Assembly (NCBI GenBank): GCA_964016885.1
Contig: OZ024742.1
Coordinates: forward strand, 154,380,001-154,444,000
Direction of reading: 5' to 3'
Source of the DNA: Eledone cirrhosa
Taxonomy: Eukaryota
Length of the DNA: 64,000 nucleotides
Shown piece after piece: positions 43,645 to 60,756 of this stretch. A program made the position numbers and the translations under genes. The stretch's first letter is position 1. The number at the start of each line of letters is the position of its first letter. The notes below the pieces were generated by a model, which saw nothing but the letters and a program-made list of their open reading frames with translations, did no database searches and was not told the origin of the DNA.

Positions 43645-46600
43645 ATAAAGAGAGAGAGAGATTTTGAGTACTACAAGTTAAATGACTTGTGATCAAAGTC
43701 ATAAAAGATATGGGAACGGGACTGATGTTTCTAAATAATGCACACTGTGCTGGAGATTACATCTATATAGTTAAGAGTGGTTTACTCATGTTTCTATCAT
43801 CATGAATAAGTTTGCATTCAGCCTATGATGAAGATCATACATGCTCAGTAGCATTATTTTTAAGCGGTATTAAATGAAAATAAAAGAAAACGTTTAATAT
43901 ATCCGAGCAAGGACTGTTCACAAGCTGTTTTGTAGTCTTCAACAGATTATTTTTCACTACTTTCCGATAGTATGCTTATCATTTATCTTTTTGAGTTCAT
44001 CGTGGTTGATATGATATATTATCTTATTCTGACTCTCAACGTTATCTAAGCTTATTTATTCTTTTTTACGAAATAATGTGTAAGCTGTTCTTTATTTTGT
44101 GCAAAAGAAGTTCATCTGGGAACTAACATAATGTTCACAATAAGCAACGAACATCATAATCAGATAATACAGTGTCAATTAAAGCACAACTATATAAAGA
44201 AAAAGAAAGTGTGTACAGGTTTTTGCACATAATTATTTTTGATAATATTCATTCAGAATGTAGAATATGTTTTCATGTGTATATATCTAAGCGATCAAAA
44301 ATATGCATAAACAGGTTGCAGTGATTGCATTTTCAAACTAATTATATACGCACTTGAGCTGAAACACAATATCATTGAGGTAAACAAGTTATTTTATTAC
44401 ACTACTTAATTTGACTATTCCTTCTTATTTGGAACCTTTTGACCCGAGAAATATCCGAAAACTGTAAGGGTTAGACAGTTGTTGGAGTACTACAGAGTAC
44501 ATTTAAAACACACTTAATCTATATCTAAACATGCATTTAGATATTTCATTGAATTATTTTTAATTTTATAGACAATAATGGATCGATACCTATATGTCAG
44601 CTAGCATGTTCCTGGAGTACGAACGAAAATAATAAAAGATTTCCATGATTTATTATTTTAATAAATTATTAAAATATAAAATATCAGGCATTAAAAGTTT
44701 GAACCTGGAAGTCGATTGCTGTGATATGGCAAACAATGTCAATATTGTCTCTATCACCACTACTTGTAAAAAATAAATGGAAACATATATACTGGACTTT
44801 TACAATCCCCCTTACCAATGAAGTTTCTTTTGTAGATATTTTGAACTCTGACAAACAAATATCATGATGTTGTGAAGTGAAAAGAGTAATTTCGTTCTCT
44901 AAACGTAGAATAAATAAATATGCAGGTTTAAATTATCCAAACTCACTTGATTTCATTAGTATTATCATGGGAACTTAAGCAATGAAATGCACATATTGAA
45001 TATTCTCTCCTAACATATAAACATATTTTACTATAAATAAATATTTGTTGCATAAAATGAATGCCTAAAATTAAAATTATAATTTGTTTAGTGGTCAACT
45101 GCATAAGGTGAAAGTAAAAAGGGAACGACAGAATAACTTGTAGCATTCGTTGCATTATTGTGGGATCTGAGATCAATTTTACCTTTCATCCATTCGGGTT
45201 CTTTAAAAGAAAGTGCCATTCTAAAGCCTTGCATTTGCGTATCTGTTACGGCATCGGACGAGCTGTATTTTGCTACTTCGGTGCGTTTTCTATTGAAGTG
45301 AAATTCCACCTTAAAGATCAGTCCCAAGGGAAACTGGTTATCAGAGAACTGTGTTCTCTGATACTGCATTCGAAAGATTATGTCGATGAAGTCGATGAAA
45401 ATGAGTACACAATAAAATGTTTCCTACACATTTAAAAACCCCGATTCCATATGAAGGATATCATTACCATTATTATGTCTTTAGTATATTAGTAATAATA
45501 TAATTCATACAAGCGATTTTATTAATGCAAAATTAAGTTCAGTTATTTTACGGCATACACACTCTCCCCACCCACTTATATATGAATATATGTATAGTTA
45601 TATATGCATATTAGAATGGGCTTATATAAATACATGCATATATAATGTAAATTGCAATATAACAGCATACACATACTATGTATTTCTCTCCTTCCGTACG
45701 AATTTGTTCATACCCTTGTATGTATAGTTGTGTGTTGGGTTGTAAGTATGTGCCTGGATATGCGTATATGTGCTGGCATAGATTCGTGAACAGTTGCTAT
45801 TTACATTGCATCGCTTAACGAGTTCCATTGATACACAATATAACTTTTAAGAGCCACATCCACTATTTCGTTATCCGTTTGTCTGATGTCCGAATGTCCG
45901 GACAATCATTGGAATTCTCCTTTACGCACCCACGTATAGGTACACATACGCACAAATGTACATGCACACACTCACACAGGCACATAAACACACACACATA
46001 TGCACAACCGCACATACTAACACACATGCAAGTAACACCCACACCCATTCGCTCGCCCGCACGCTGAATTACTCACACATGGTTACAAAATAAGACATAT
46101 AAATACGCATGTATGCGGTAAAGAAGGAAGTCATTTACTATTGTGCATATGAATCTATGAATCTATGATACGTTCCCACTGAATGGCCGTATTAACATAC
46201 ACAACTGATAAATGATAAGTACTTTAGCTGCTATTGTTCGCAACGGTTTTCATTTATCATTCTCCTATCTTTGGGAAATAATGGTTTTCTTTAAACATCG
46301 TACGTGTAGATGTTCAACTATCAAATAAATAAGTAAATAAATAAATAAATAAATTATTCGTTTTTCACATTCAGGAAATTCATTATACCTCGTTTCGTGC
46401 GAAATCGAAATGAAATATTACACTGGTCTTTTGGCCTTTAACCTCTCTATTTCACAACAAAATATGGACGAACGATCTAATCTACGCAGATTATATGCGG
46501 TCACTTGACCCGCTAGAAATAAGAGCCAAGTCAAGCTATGAACATCTGCTCCGTAAGATAAAGCAGATCTATTACCAAAATGGTTCTTGTCATTACCTTA

Positions 46601-46719
46601 CATTCATATGAGATATGTATTTCCCCATACTACTTTATCCAATATGTCCTTATTTATTTTAAACATGGCGCTGAATGATTTGAATGAAATGGAGTGAGAT
46701 AGTGATAACAACAGAAATA

Positions 46720-46790
<71 letters not shown>

Positions 46791-47344
46791 AAGTGCACGC
46801 GCGTGTGTGTGTGTGTGCGTTGAGAAAGTAAGGGAGTGAAGGAAAGGAGAATCAATGAATAATGAAAAAAAAAAGATGAAAGAACTATGATTCACTAACA
46901 TAAGATCGTTCCGTTCTTGAAACTCTTATTTCATTTCTCACACTGAATATGATGCCATTGAGTCTGATAGATGTATCACAAAACAGAATTCGGGCCACTA
47001 CAAATATGATATCTGAAATCTGCGTATCAATTTAATATTCAGTTACGGGAAACAAGAAATATCACTAAACAACTTCACAATAAAATTAAAATAAAGTATA
47101 CTGGAAAAAAAATATATATACAAAGATAGGCAAACAGAGGCGTAAGTGCCGGTCTTTGATCAATACAGCAATCTAGTATGAGGAAATAAATAAAAGTAAA
47201 AAGCAATAAACACGCGCAATCATATTCACACTACGCCCATACCTACATACGCTTCTTCCATATATATATATATATATACATATTTATTTACACACACACA
47301 CATACATGCGCATACCCACACTTACGCACAAACACACACACACT

Positions 47345-47395
<51 letters not shown>

Positions 47396-49771
47396 ATTTC
47401 CACAGAGGCTGCGTTCCGTATCTTGTGTTAAAGGAATTGTTTCGTTTCGTTTTCCTCTGTTCTTATCTTTTCATTTAACAACTTTTAAAAAAAGAAGTAT
47501 AGGAAATAATGCAGCTTGATATAATTTTACAGAAGAGATTTCAGGAGGAAAAAACCCACCAAAACCGAAAACGAAACGCAATAGAGAGAAAAATAGAGAA
47601 GAAACATAAATAAATATAAGAAGTGAATTAATTCTTTATCTAAATGGAAGTGAATGTTTTGTTGTTTTTTTTTTTCCTTTGTATTTTTTTAATCAAACCA
47701 GTAAGCTGTATACAATACAATGGTAATATTGTAGTTTGGTCTTTCTAATAAGAAGAAAGCGTAGATTTTATCAGTTGGTAATCTATTGTAATACCTTTGT
47801 GAAATACGAAAATTGGGTGGTGTTGAGTGAAAGGAAGAATTGTAGGTGTAACAGGAATAAAATAGGAATACAGTTAAATATAAGCCAAGAACATTACTCA
47901 TACAAACACGATAAAACCTTTGAGTCATAGAATTGACTGAAGGAAGCAATAATTCTAAAACATACATGAATATAACAATAATGTTTCATATAATTTGGTC
48001 AACTACGCTACAGAGAAAGATTTATGTATCCGATGTTTAAAGACTCTAATTCAGTTCCAAGGTTCAACTAATGGTATCTATTTTCTTTTGCTATGAATTG
48101 TCATTTGTCTGACTGTATTAATTACACAATAATATATTGCATGTATTTCAGTACATAAAAAAAATAAGGTCCCACACATCACCCTCATAAATAGCTTTAG
48201 GTGGTTCCTTGATTCTTTTAGCCTCCGGTTCCTCCCGATGCCCGTTATATATTTCCAGCAAACATAGCATTTACCGACGGATTTTGAAAAATATAACCAA
48301 TTTGGAGAAAATATTTTGCAATATCCTAAAGATTTAAAACAACTTTTCAATAATATGCAATCTCTTGTGGTTCAAATGGGAGGACTTAATACAAATGCAT
48401 TCGTGTTTTAGGTTACATAATGAGGGAAGTCAATATAGACGCCTATGAAGATTAGAATTAAGATGATACAATTTCCTGACAGCCTTCTTCTGGATAATGG
48501 CTTCTAATTAAGTTACAAAGCCACCAGTTTAGGGGAGGGAAAAGTTGGGTATAATGTTATTGCTTATCTGGTTCGCTTTATATGTTTATAAAAGGCAAAG
48601 CTCTCATGGGCGGGATTTTAAATTAGAATGTATAGAGCTTGTTTAATGTATATAATCTGTCATTAATTGGCTCATGCATTCACCTTAAATAATTGTTTCT
48701 AAATTTTGCACAAAACCAGCAATACAAAGAGCGTTGCGGGTACTATATGTTATCGTCCCCAGTAAACTTCGCATTGTGGCTGAATCAGAAACCATTACTA
48801 ACGACAGACTAGACCGGGAGCTTTGCAGTATCAGTATGACATCGGACCGCCTGTTTTGTGGTATATAGTTACGTCCGTTTACTTTCTGAGTTCAAATTTC
48901 ACCGATGTTAGCTTTTCCTTTCATCTTTTCGTGGGATTAATGAAATAAAGTACCCGTAACACACTTCAAAACAATATCTACACAATAAATACCATGACAT
49001 AAATATACAAGTATTACGAGATTGAACAGACAGAACGAAAAAAAAAAAATATTCACGACTTATGTTTTGTTTGCATACGTTTCGTTTTATTTATTTACAA
49101 AAGAGTGTCAACGCATTTAAGTCGAGTCCTTTAAGAGGGACATTATATAAAGCTTACAGTGCAAGCACCTCATATAAAATATAGGGAAATGAATATAAAT
49201 AGTTGAATCTATTGATGTGAAAGCACTTCTTAGACCCCAGTTTTCAAATCGTTTATTTGTATGGAAACCTTCGTTAGTATGATTTCATTCGTTGCAAAAT
49301 TAATGGTAAACCATTGGTTAATACATGATGGTCCATTGTATATATAACGAAAAATATAATGGATGTATGTATGTTTGTTTGTATGTGTCTATTTGAGCAG
49401 AAATATTGTTAATTTTATATGGTAATCTAATGAAAAACAATACATTTGTAAACATGAAAAATGTATTCAACTTCAGAACTATTAGCACACAAAAGTAGAG
49501 ATGTATAAAAACAAGCACCTACATATATTATACGAAGTCTAATTGCTTAAAGCGAAATATTGTAAGCGTTGTTTTATTTATTTTCGATAAATCTGTATAG
49601 AAAAACAAATGCTTCAATATGTATTACCGTTGGGAAAAACATACAATATAAAAGAATGGAAGTGTTTTAATCTATTTCACTGAGAGTGTTCAAGTAGGTG
49701 ATTGTGTTTATGTTATGTTTGTGCATGATTGCATGCATTTATTTTTGCTTCTATCTATCTTTCCTCCACAC

Positions 49772-49802
<31 letters not shown>

Positions 49803-49890
49803 CACGATAATTATATATATATATATATATATAAATTTATATATATACATATAAATATATATGTATATGTATGTGTGTGTGTGTGTGGAT

Positions 49891-49929
<39 letters not shown>

Positions 49930-51048
49930 TCTGTATGTGTATGATGTACATTTGTTGGCGTGTGTTCCATATAAAGTACTGAATCATAGGACGTTTTTTT
50001 AGTTATTTAATGTTGATAATACTTGAATAATCAAAACCGTTACAATGAAAGATTTATATATTATCACCTTCGAATTGTTGGAAACTGCATGGTAGCCCCA
50101 CGAACAATTTGATATCACTTTGTACGATTTCAAATACAAATACTGCAATATTATAATACTTTTAAAAACTATATTAATCAGATTTGATAGCGGCTGATGG
50201 GGATTTCTCATCAAAATTATGCATCAATAAGTAATTAATCAACAATGCTTCTTTGTGTAACCATCATAAAATGTATTTATCAATAAAATATATACATTGA
50301 TCACTTTCAGAATAAAATTGAAACGTTTCGATTGTTTGAATATAACAAAAACTGTAGTGCATTATTAAGTTTCCCTCACCCCGAGCCAGTTAATACGAAA
50401 GTAATGTTAAAATAAGATCCGAAAATAGAATGCTACCTCCTTGAGCTAATTTTATATTTATTCACAATGCTATATTGTACTGTCTTTCAATAAAGAATTC
50501 AGTGAATAAACGTCAACAGACCTTTATAAATGATTTCAGCAATAATTACAAAGGAGGATTGACACAACAAGGAGATAAATTGAAAAGGAAGATAAACACA
50601 AGTAAACAATGCCTCAAGTATTCATATGCTGTAATATAGCCAGAGTGAAATATTTTATGTCAACAAAAGAACAGCAGAAGTGTTTCAGAATTGTTGATAT
50701 CTATTAGTCTAAACAAATGAAGAGTATATTGTGCATATTGATAGGCATGACAAACTTTAAACAGGCATCTTTAACTGGACGAAATAAACACAGAGGAGCT
50801 CAAGATATTCCCTTTTCTTATAATGAATAGAGAACTCTATATAGTAGAACTATGTATATATAACTTAAAGCTAACACACCCGCACACACACACACATGCG
50901 CACACACGCACTTATATATATATATATATATATGTATGTATATATATTGTTATACTTTAGGAGGGTCATTCAGAAATTCAGAAATTCAGAAACGAAATAT
51001 GTATATATATATATATATATATATTTTTTTATTTTATTTTATAGAAGG

Positions 51049-51099
51049 AGCTTCTACAGGACTAGTACTGTTTCATTCAGGTGAAATCTTCAGGAAGCT
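51049..51099 (-). ncRNA. complete type-I hammerhead ribozyme
   Basis: Reverse complement reads agcttc-CTGAAGA-tttcacctgaat-GAAA-cag-tactagtc-ctg-TA-gaagct. Confidence 0.85.
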
Positions 51100-51146
51100 T
51101 CCTGAAGATTTCATCTGAATGAAACAGTACTAGTCCTGTAGAAGCT
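51096..51146 (+). ncRNA. complete type-I hammerhead ribozyme
   Basis: agcttc-CTGAAGA-tttcatctgaat-GAAA-cag-tactagtc-ctg-TA-gaagct. 6-bp stem I, paired stem III, GUA site. Confidence 0.85.
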
Positions 51147-51234
51147 CCTTCTATAAAATAAAAAATAATTGAACTCTGCCATGTATTGAGTACCTTACTT
51201 ACTGTGGTTATCCCCGACTCAACCCGGGACCTAC

Positions 51235-51425
<191 letters not shown>

Positions 51426-52029
51426 TGCGTGTGTGCGTATGTGTGTGCGGGTGTGTTAGCTTTAAGTTATACGCATCTCCTCAAGCTTTTAGGGAAGTTA
51501 TAGTCGATTATACCAACTTCAGTACACGAGAAGTATTAACGTTTACTCTTAAGCTAATTAGAATACAGGAGAAGGTAAATGGATTTTGTAAACACTACAA
51601 CTGAGCGTTGGTATCAGTGTCTACAATATCTTCATTTCAACGGACGAGAAATCACGTGTCTTGGTTTATATTACAAGAAATGTAAACACAATTTTCTAAG
51701 CCCTATTATACATTCAATTTCCGGTTTTTCCTCAAATAAATGCTCGAAACTCGTCAAATTAATCCCTCTGATTTCTGAAATTATTTGTTTTCTCTAAAGT
51801 TACAAAATTGAATGTTGTCAAAGTAGTATATTTGAATTTAAAAAAAAAAATGTTGTGAAACTTAAAAATATTATGTTGCTAAGGAGACAATACATCACAA
51901 ATTAGACAAAAACATCGACAGGATCATTCTGAATAGAATAATATTCATCGCATGATCCCTTAGCATCAACATGAAGACTAGGATTGTATTTCAAGGCAAG
52001 GCAATAGATTTAATTGATTTAGCTAATAG

Positions 52030-52221
52030 AAATAATTGTTTCTACTTTTGGCACAAAGCCAGCAGTTATCTCAGCGCATTACTGGTGCTTTATTTTATCG
52101 AGCCTGTAAGGATGAAAGGCAAAATTATCGTCGGCGGGATTTGAACTCAGATCATAAAGGGACGTAACTCTATGCTTCAAAGTATGCCATCCGACACTTT
52201 ACCGATACTGATAATCCACCG
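52030..52221 (-). mobile_element. full-length tRNA-SINE with 16-bp TSD
   Basis: TSD agctaat(a/c)gaaataat. Confidence 0.9.
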
Positions 52222-52593
52222 AGCTAATCGAAATAATATAAATATATAAAAAAAAAAACAATAGATAACCATCGCAAAAATAAGATTAGCACATTTCATT
52301 GTGGCAAATGTTTTAAAAGGAGAATGCTCAGTTGCTTCTAAGGTAGTAGACATATCAATGGAGTGTGGAGGCGTATTTTATTGTGATTGAGAATTGATTT
52401 GTTATGACATGATTGCAGAAACGTGCAATATGATGATTTTCAGAAAAACATGGCATCAACCCGAATTCCATTGAATATGTTTGAGCTATCTATGTTCAAT
52501 GACTGTGAGCACACATACACACACACACACACATTCACACACACACATACACACACACACACACAGACACACACACACACACACACACACGCA

Positions 52594-52665
<72 letters not shown>

Positions 52666-52679
52666 GTAAATACATACTG

Positions 52680-54012
<1,333 letters not shown>

Positions 54013-54014
54013 CA

Positions 54015-54832
54015 TATTAAGCTCTAAGAAAAATACTTGTGAGCATTACATTACAATTTAAAAATTAAAAAATATATGATCAACACTACTGTGTTTTTTT
54101 TGCAAAATGACAATATTTTTTTAGCCAGATAGAAATACCTTAATTCAAGTACATATAGTCCGTCTGTATCGATCTAGAGAATTTTAAATATTAAATCTAT
54201 ACTTACAGACGTAAAAAGGCAACTGCCTGGTGCCTAGACAAGTTTAAATTTCAAAATTCAAACCTTTTCAGCAGATCGGGCGGAACTTCAAAACATAAAC
54301 CTGTTTCACAAGAGATGTTATACTAATGAAATAATTAATTAATTACGGAACAACTATTTATAAAATAATTATTAGTGAAGTAATCAATTTTCTGTGATCT
54401 TCGGTAGGCACCCAGAAATTAAAATCACTTCTCCTAATATAATATCTTAAGACTGATCTGTCGCAAGCCTAATACATGTGCTTTTGCACACGACCTTCTC
54501 AGCATTCTGGCTCATATCCATGGCGCTAGAAATAACAGCCGTGAATATGTGATTATGAATTGAGCTCAACCGTAGGAGCAGATAATTTCAGTTCAGTAGT
54601 CAGTTACAAATATTAAGCTCTAAGAAAAATACTTCTGAGCATTACATTACAATTAAAAAATTAAAAAATATATGATCAACACTACTGTGTTTTTTTTGCA
54701 AAATGACAATAATTTTTTAGCCAGATAGAAATACCTTAATTCAAGTACATATAGTCCGTTTGTATCGATCTAGAGAATTTTAAATATTAAATCTATACTT
54801 ACTGACGTAAAATGGCAACTGCCTGGTGCCTG
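54015..54832. repeat. local direct duplication of about 220 bp (54015-54235 and 54611-54832)
   Basis: Near-identical copies 596 bp apart. Confidence 0.9.
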
Positions 54833-55112
54833 CTCCTACGGTTGAGCTGAATAAGCACAGAACACACACACAAACAAGATGGTGTAGGACAAAACAAAAG
54901 AGAGGCACAAAACAAAGAAAAGAATCCCCAGTCACATAATGTGTGACGAAAGAACTTTGACAATATATGAACAACCGTCCGGTTATGGAACCAACCAACT
55001 AACCGAAAATTTATAAATTCTTAAATTTATAAATTTAATTTATAATAAATTGGAGTGAAAACAGTGGTGCGTCTGTTTCTTATTGGCAACATGGCCCTCC
55101 CAAAGCATAACA

Positions 55113-55190
<78 letters not shown>

Positions 55191-55329
55191 TTATATATAA
55201 TTCTAGAGGTGATCTTCTCTAACAAATATCATCTTCCTCGGAAGCCTTGCTATATTTGTGAGCTTTATCTCCTAATAGATGACTATTGTACATCAAAACA
55301 TGTTGCTGATGGACTTAAGAGATTAGCAA

Positions 55330-55958
55330 GCTAGTTTCTCCACCTGCTAGTGAAGCAAATCTCTTCAGATCGAAGAACCACCAAATTGTACCCGATAGCA
55401 AGCGTGCAGGCGATTTATTAACGCAAAGAAAACTGATGATATACCAGAATATTGTATTTGCTGATCCAAAACCTGATTCACGCTTAACACTCTCCTCGCA
55501 TGTGCTAATTACCATTGGATAATGTTACTGCCACTCCTGCGTTATTCTGCACCTGCTTAAATAATCATACATTCATAAATCTTGTATAATGACAAAAACG
55601 CTTACGATGGCAAATAAAAGGTGCTGAAATACGGAACCCCAATGTTCTTTGGACTAACTGTGCTGGTGTGGGTGCGTAGCAAGTAGTTCAATCAAACATT
55701 CCATCTAGATGCCATACATCTCCTTATCGAGAGGTCACAATCATAGTACGGTGCACACGTGTCTACATTAAAACGGCATAAATCCTAAAGGGAGACCAAA
55801 CCAAAAACATTGGGATACTATCTACGACACAGTTCGGTTTCGTTTGGAGATACACACGGATTGTTCTGGACAGAGTTCCTTCCGATAGGACACCGAGGAA
55901 TGCGTGTCTGAGGACTCTGCCACCCCACCCCCCTAATTAGGGGACAAGGAGACGAATG

Positions 55959-55960
<2 letters not shown>
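55330..55960 (+). mobile_element. degenerate RTE-like LINE 3' end
   Basis: LCWCGCV (compare LRWxGHV) and NPKGRPNQKHWDTI (compare RGRPxxRWxDxI). Confidence 0.45.
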
Positions 55961-56000
<40 letters not shown>

Positions 56001-57535
56001 TGGTAGTTTCCAGTTTAGTCTAGTAAGACCTTTGTTCAGTAAAATACACAATACATGAGAAAGTGTATATATATATAAGTAACTCTATGTGTATGGTTCT
56101 AGATATATGCGCATGTGTGATATCCGCCCTGGATGGCACTGGATGTGTAACGATATCAAAGCAATATTTCCCGGACGTGGCAAAAATGTATCAGAAAAAA
56201 TAATGGATACAAAATTAAATAAAATACAAATATCACCTTGATGATATTCAAGATGATATTCATTCTATTATCAAATATAAATAATATTAAAACAAAGTAT
56301 TTTCAAAATATTTAAAATGTGCAAATGTTCTGAAATCTGGAAATGCCGTGGTACCATGTTTGTGGTTTGTTGCCACTTGTGTTAGCCATATTACTGGAAG
56401 ACGTGAGATATCTATGTCATCTCCAGACAAAAGCCTACGAAACCTGTGTCCCGTAGTGATACTTTTATTTAAATCTCTTTCCTTTCTCCCTCTTACACGA
56501 AAACATAACTCACTGCTCTACACACTTAGAGTAAAAAATGTGTGTGTGTGCATGTGTGTAAGTGTGTGCATGCGTCTGAAAGACTGGGTATAGGAAGTTT
56601 CTGATATCTATTGACATGTATTATTATTGTTTTTCCTTCGATTGGTTTCATTATATTTCGTATGTAAAGTCAGATGACGTAAACCACCATAATTTCTCCT
56701 TAGTTTGATATATCGTGTATGATGATCTATCATAGGATCATATTTTACGAACATAAGAATTAATAATAATACTCGCAAAGCCCATAAAACATTTTTAGGA
56801 TATAACTTGCATCGTTCGTTTCAGATTAGCTTCCCTTTGAATAATGTTGGTGTATAAACCTACCATTAGCCGGTTATAAATTCAAACACTTTGGTTTGAA
56901 TACTACTCCACACGGTTCTTACAGGCTCGGATTAAATTACATGCGGTATTAATATTTCCAAAGTTAATTTGCTATTCGACTTTTCGAGATCAAAGAATAA
57001 ATTATAAATCCAAAGATATGTTAGAGCGATGCCCTGCTATATTTCATTTGGATCTGAGTTCAAATCCCATCTATAAGACCCAAAATGATAGCATATCGCA
57101 GTGGAGAAGGCACACTTAATAAAAGTAATCCACTTATGAAGCTAGATTAAACGACTCCGATGTGCAACAGAAAGGTCTCTACTACACATCTCACATGATA
57201 TTATACTTTTTTTGATAAATTGTAATTTAATTATTGTATTAATAAATAACATATTTGATTATGGGAATAACAGACAAAATATTATTTAATTCGGTTAAAT
57301 ATACGAAGTGCTCAATGTTAAAATATTGCTATAAGTATGTCTGTTTGTATTGGCATGGTCATTAGAATGTCAGATGTAATACTGCGGAGTTCGTCCTGGC
57401 TCTCTAACTGTACTTAAATATTGCCAAAGTCAAATTTGCCTTTCATCCTTTCGAGGTAGAAAAAATAGTATTCCCAAATTTGGCTCCATTCCACCTTTAT
57501 GTACCCCTCTCCCCTCCTCATAATTACACACACAT

Positions 57536-57611
<76 letters not shown>

Positions 57612-57633
57612 CCCTCTCTCTCTCTCTCTCCCT

Positions 57634-57669
<36 letters not shown>

Positions 57670-58954
57670 GTGAACTGAAAGAAATCGACTGTGAACAAAA
57701 CTGAAAAGGAAATGGGCTCCGCCAGATTTTGAAAAGTGGCCAAGTAACGCAGTACGGATATACTAGAAGTTACACGTCAAAGACAAAGAAGATTTAACTG
57801 ACGAGGGAATTGTTCGGGCACCATCGTTACATGTCTTTGGTTCTCTTTCAATCTGGTGGATCTAGTCCTCTTTCCCTGTTGTGAAAACTGTAGCTTGTAC
57901 CAGAGTAGCATTGTGAAATATTCATAGAACGGAGTTGAGAAAGAAATATAGAAAAAAGAATCGATCCCTGTACTGAAATCAGAGCTCCGGAAAAAATACC
58001 ACAAGGCATTCTCTTCAACGTTCTAACGACTCTAAATAAGACAAGCTACACAATTACATTTCTAGATAATATCTTGAAACGTAACCGATGATGTATTACG
58101 TTTACCTTTATTATGTGAAGGATTATCAATCATGGCTTTATGAGAATATATACGAATGATATATTCCAAACTTGAAATTTCAGAGCTAGACACAAATAAT
58201 TGTAAAATGATAGAACGTAACTAGCTAGTGAAGGAATAGTTCACACCTTAAAACCCAGCTTGTCCTTTTTATGATTAAATAATAAAATCATAAAGTTTAA
58301 TCGATCAAACGTCGCATTCCATTAGTATCCCAATTAGTTAACCATAAATCGTGGCAATCTTAATATTGAATATAAGTCAGAGCTGCAATTTACATACGTG
58401 TATATGGTGACCCTTGATTAAAGAATACAGATTTGTCTGAAAAATTCACTAATACCAATTTCTAAATAAATAAACGAACTGTTATTAATCGAAGTTAGAA
58501 TCAGAAGAAATAAGAGAAAATGCCATAAAAATCCAATCATTTCTTAACTACATGGTAACTAATTATTTTGTGAATAACACCTTTGTGAAGTTTTAACTCA
58601 ATATCTAGTATAGTCAGTTTGTTTATGTGTTCTTTAGACACTATACTTAGATATATCACCATTTGTCTGCGGTAGCTAAAATAGCGGTCACTGTACCGGT
58701 GACCAATGATTTTGTGGCAATGTGATAGCACACATTGGAGATTTGTCTTGTTTAATGCAACACCAGCTGCAGTGACTGAAGGTGATCAAGATAAACAGAA
58801 TATTGTGGTAAAAGGTGATGATGCTCATCTGAATGAACTGACACATTAGGATTGATGACAATATGGTCATGTGCAAAAAGTGGGCATTGGGTCATACAAT
58901 TTAATCGGGATTATTTTACACTTCCCCAGACTAAAATAATACACAATTGTATAA

Positions 58955-59145
58955 TAACGTTTCTGCTTATGGCACAAGGCCAGAAATTACCCAAGTGCAT
59001 TACTGGTGCTGTATTTCATCAACCTGGTAAGCATGAAAGGCAAAGCTAACGTCGGCGGGATTTGAACTCAGACCATAAAAGGGCCATAACTCTATCCTGC
59101 AAAGCATGGTCTCTGACGCTCTAGCGATACTGCCAAACCACCACC
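58955..59145 (-). mobile_element. full-length tRNA-SINE
   Basis: Consensus match. Probable TSD caattg(t/a)ataataa. Confidence 0.88.
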
Positions 59146-59950
59146 CAATTGAATAATAATAAAAGATTATTGTATAATGTCAGTCGACGATGGATTATTC
59201 TTTGTGCACATACGTCGGTGATTAACAAGTTGGAACTGGGCATACACGACACATTACTTTTCATAGTTCAACTCATGCTTTAAACAGGCGTCCTGGATGA
59301 TTACTTTAAATGTTTCATAGTACTTTGCAGTGTTTTTTCAAATGCATTCAAAATAATCTCCATTCAATTAGAAAGAGTATAATTTCAATTCTGTATTGAT
59401 GTCCCTATCATTTATATCATCAACTGTCTTTACATTGTGTCATTTGAGGAAGCTATTTATATTCAGATAACACAATCCAGTTAGAAAGACGATATTTATG
59501 TATATATATATAAATGCGTGTGAGAATGCATCTGTCTGTCTGACGGTGTGTGTGTGTGTGTGCATATGGGCATATGTGCGGGCACTTGTGTGGGTATGTA
59601 CGAAGGTGCGTGTCTAGATGGTCAGTGCAGTTGTTTCCCAAATGAGTGGTTGAGTGTTTGATTACTGTACTGAATTGTGTGTTGTGTAGTTCAGCAACAT
59701 ATTTGATTTCAAGTTCATATAGTCTACTTACTGGAAAACATGATTTCCGTCATCACTGGTACTTGCTCTATGGGCATTGGATTATCTCTTGGACGAAACT
59801 ATTTGTTTGAAGAATGGAAACTGCATGCTCGTGTTCTCCAAAACATATTACCCGGGTGTGTGGCTCTAAGGAGAATTCATAACACATAGACACAAACTCA
59901 CACAAACACATTCACACACACACATAGAAATACAGACACACATACACACA

Positions 59951-60050
<100 letters not shown>

Positions 60051-60080
60051 AAAGAATAGAGGTGCAACACACAAGTTATT

Positions 60081-60487
60081 ATATATTGGTAAACGGAATA
60101 GAAAATGCTGACAAATTGTTCACAGTTGAAAAATGGTTTAATTAGGAGTAAAAGAGTATTAGTGATTGTATGGGTTAGTATTCAGTTGTGGTTTTAAGTT
60201 TTTAAGTTTTTACCGGTTGCGCATTTCTAAATGCTTTTCAAAAATAATTTTGAGATAGAGTGTCCGTGCTGTTTGCTCTGATCTGTTTGCTCAGATCAGA
60301 GCAAACAGCACGGACACTCTATCTCAAAATTATTTTTGAAAAGCATTTAGAAATGCGCAACCGGTAAAAACTTAAAAACTTAAAACCACAACTGAATACT
60401 AACCCATACAATCACTAATACTCTTTTACTCCTAATTAAACCATTTTTCAACTGTGAACAATTTGTCAGCATTTTCTATCCCGTTTA

Positions 60488-60496
<9 letters not shown>
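60081..60496. mobile_element. about 410-bp near-perfect palindromic pLTR unit with two variant HHR-like motifs (60207-60244 minus, 60333-60370 plus)
   Basis: About 205-bp arms with a 6-nt spacer at 60286-60291 and one mismatch seen. TTGAAAA-gcatttagaaatgc-GCAA-ccgg-TA. TA flanks. Confidence 0.8.
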
Positions 60497-60553
<57 letters not shown>

Positions 60554-60711
60554 TTGGCGCTCTGAAATAGCGATATATATATGAATGTATATATAGTGTA
60601 TTTTGCAATACACTGTATGCTTAATTAAGACCATTTCGAAGACCTTATGCTATTGTTTTAGAGTAGTGACAGTCTCACTTACTTTAAATTTTCAGCAAAC
60701 AGGGGAGATAA

Positions 60712-60756
60712 AGCTGACAGAGCTATGTTTCGTACTGATTGGCACTTATCAAAGCC
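60712..60756 (-). ncRNA. compact hammerhead, U3:A8 variant
   Basis: Reverse complement reads ggct-TTGATAA-gtgc-caatca-gtac-GAAA-catagctctg-TC-agct. A mutated sister copy is at 61103-61147 (+). Confidence 0.72.

Noticed and set aside
45183-45363. Possible minus-strand host exon (AG...MALSFKEPEWMK|GT)
   Set aside because: The donor end overlaps a decayed SINE core (caattttacctttcatccattcggg). No recognisable domain or partner exons.
55315-55375. CTGAAGA...GAAA on the minus strand
   Set aside because: Stems I and III pair poorly and there is no second copy, so it may be chance.
58640-58900. Possible second RTE-like 3' fragment (YGHVQK)
   Set aside because: Only one short motif, heavily decayed.
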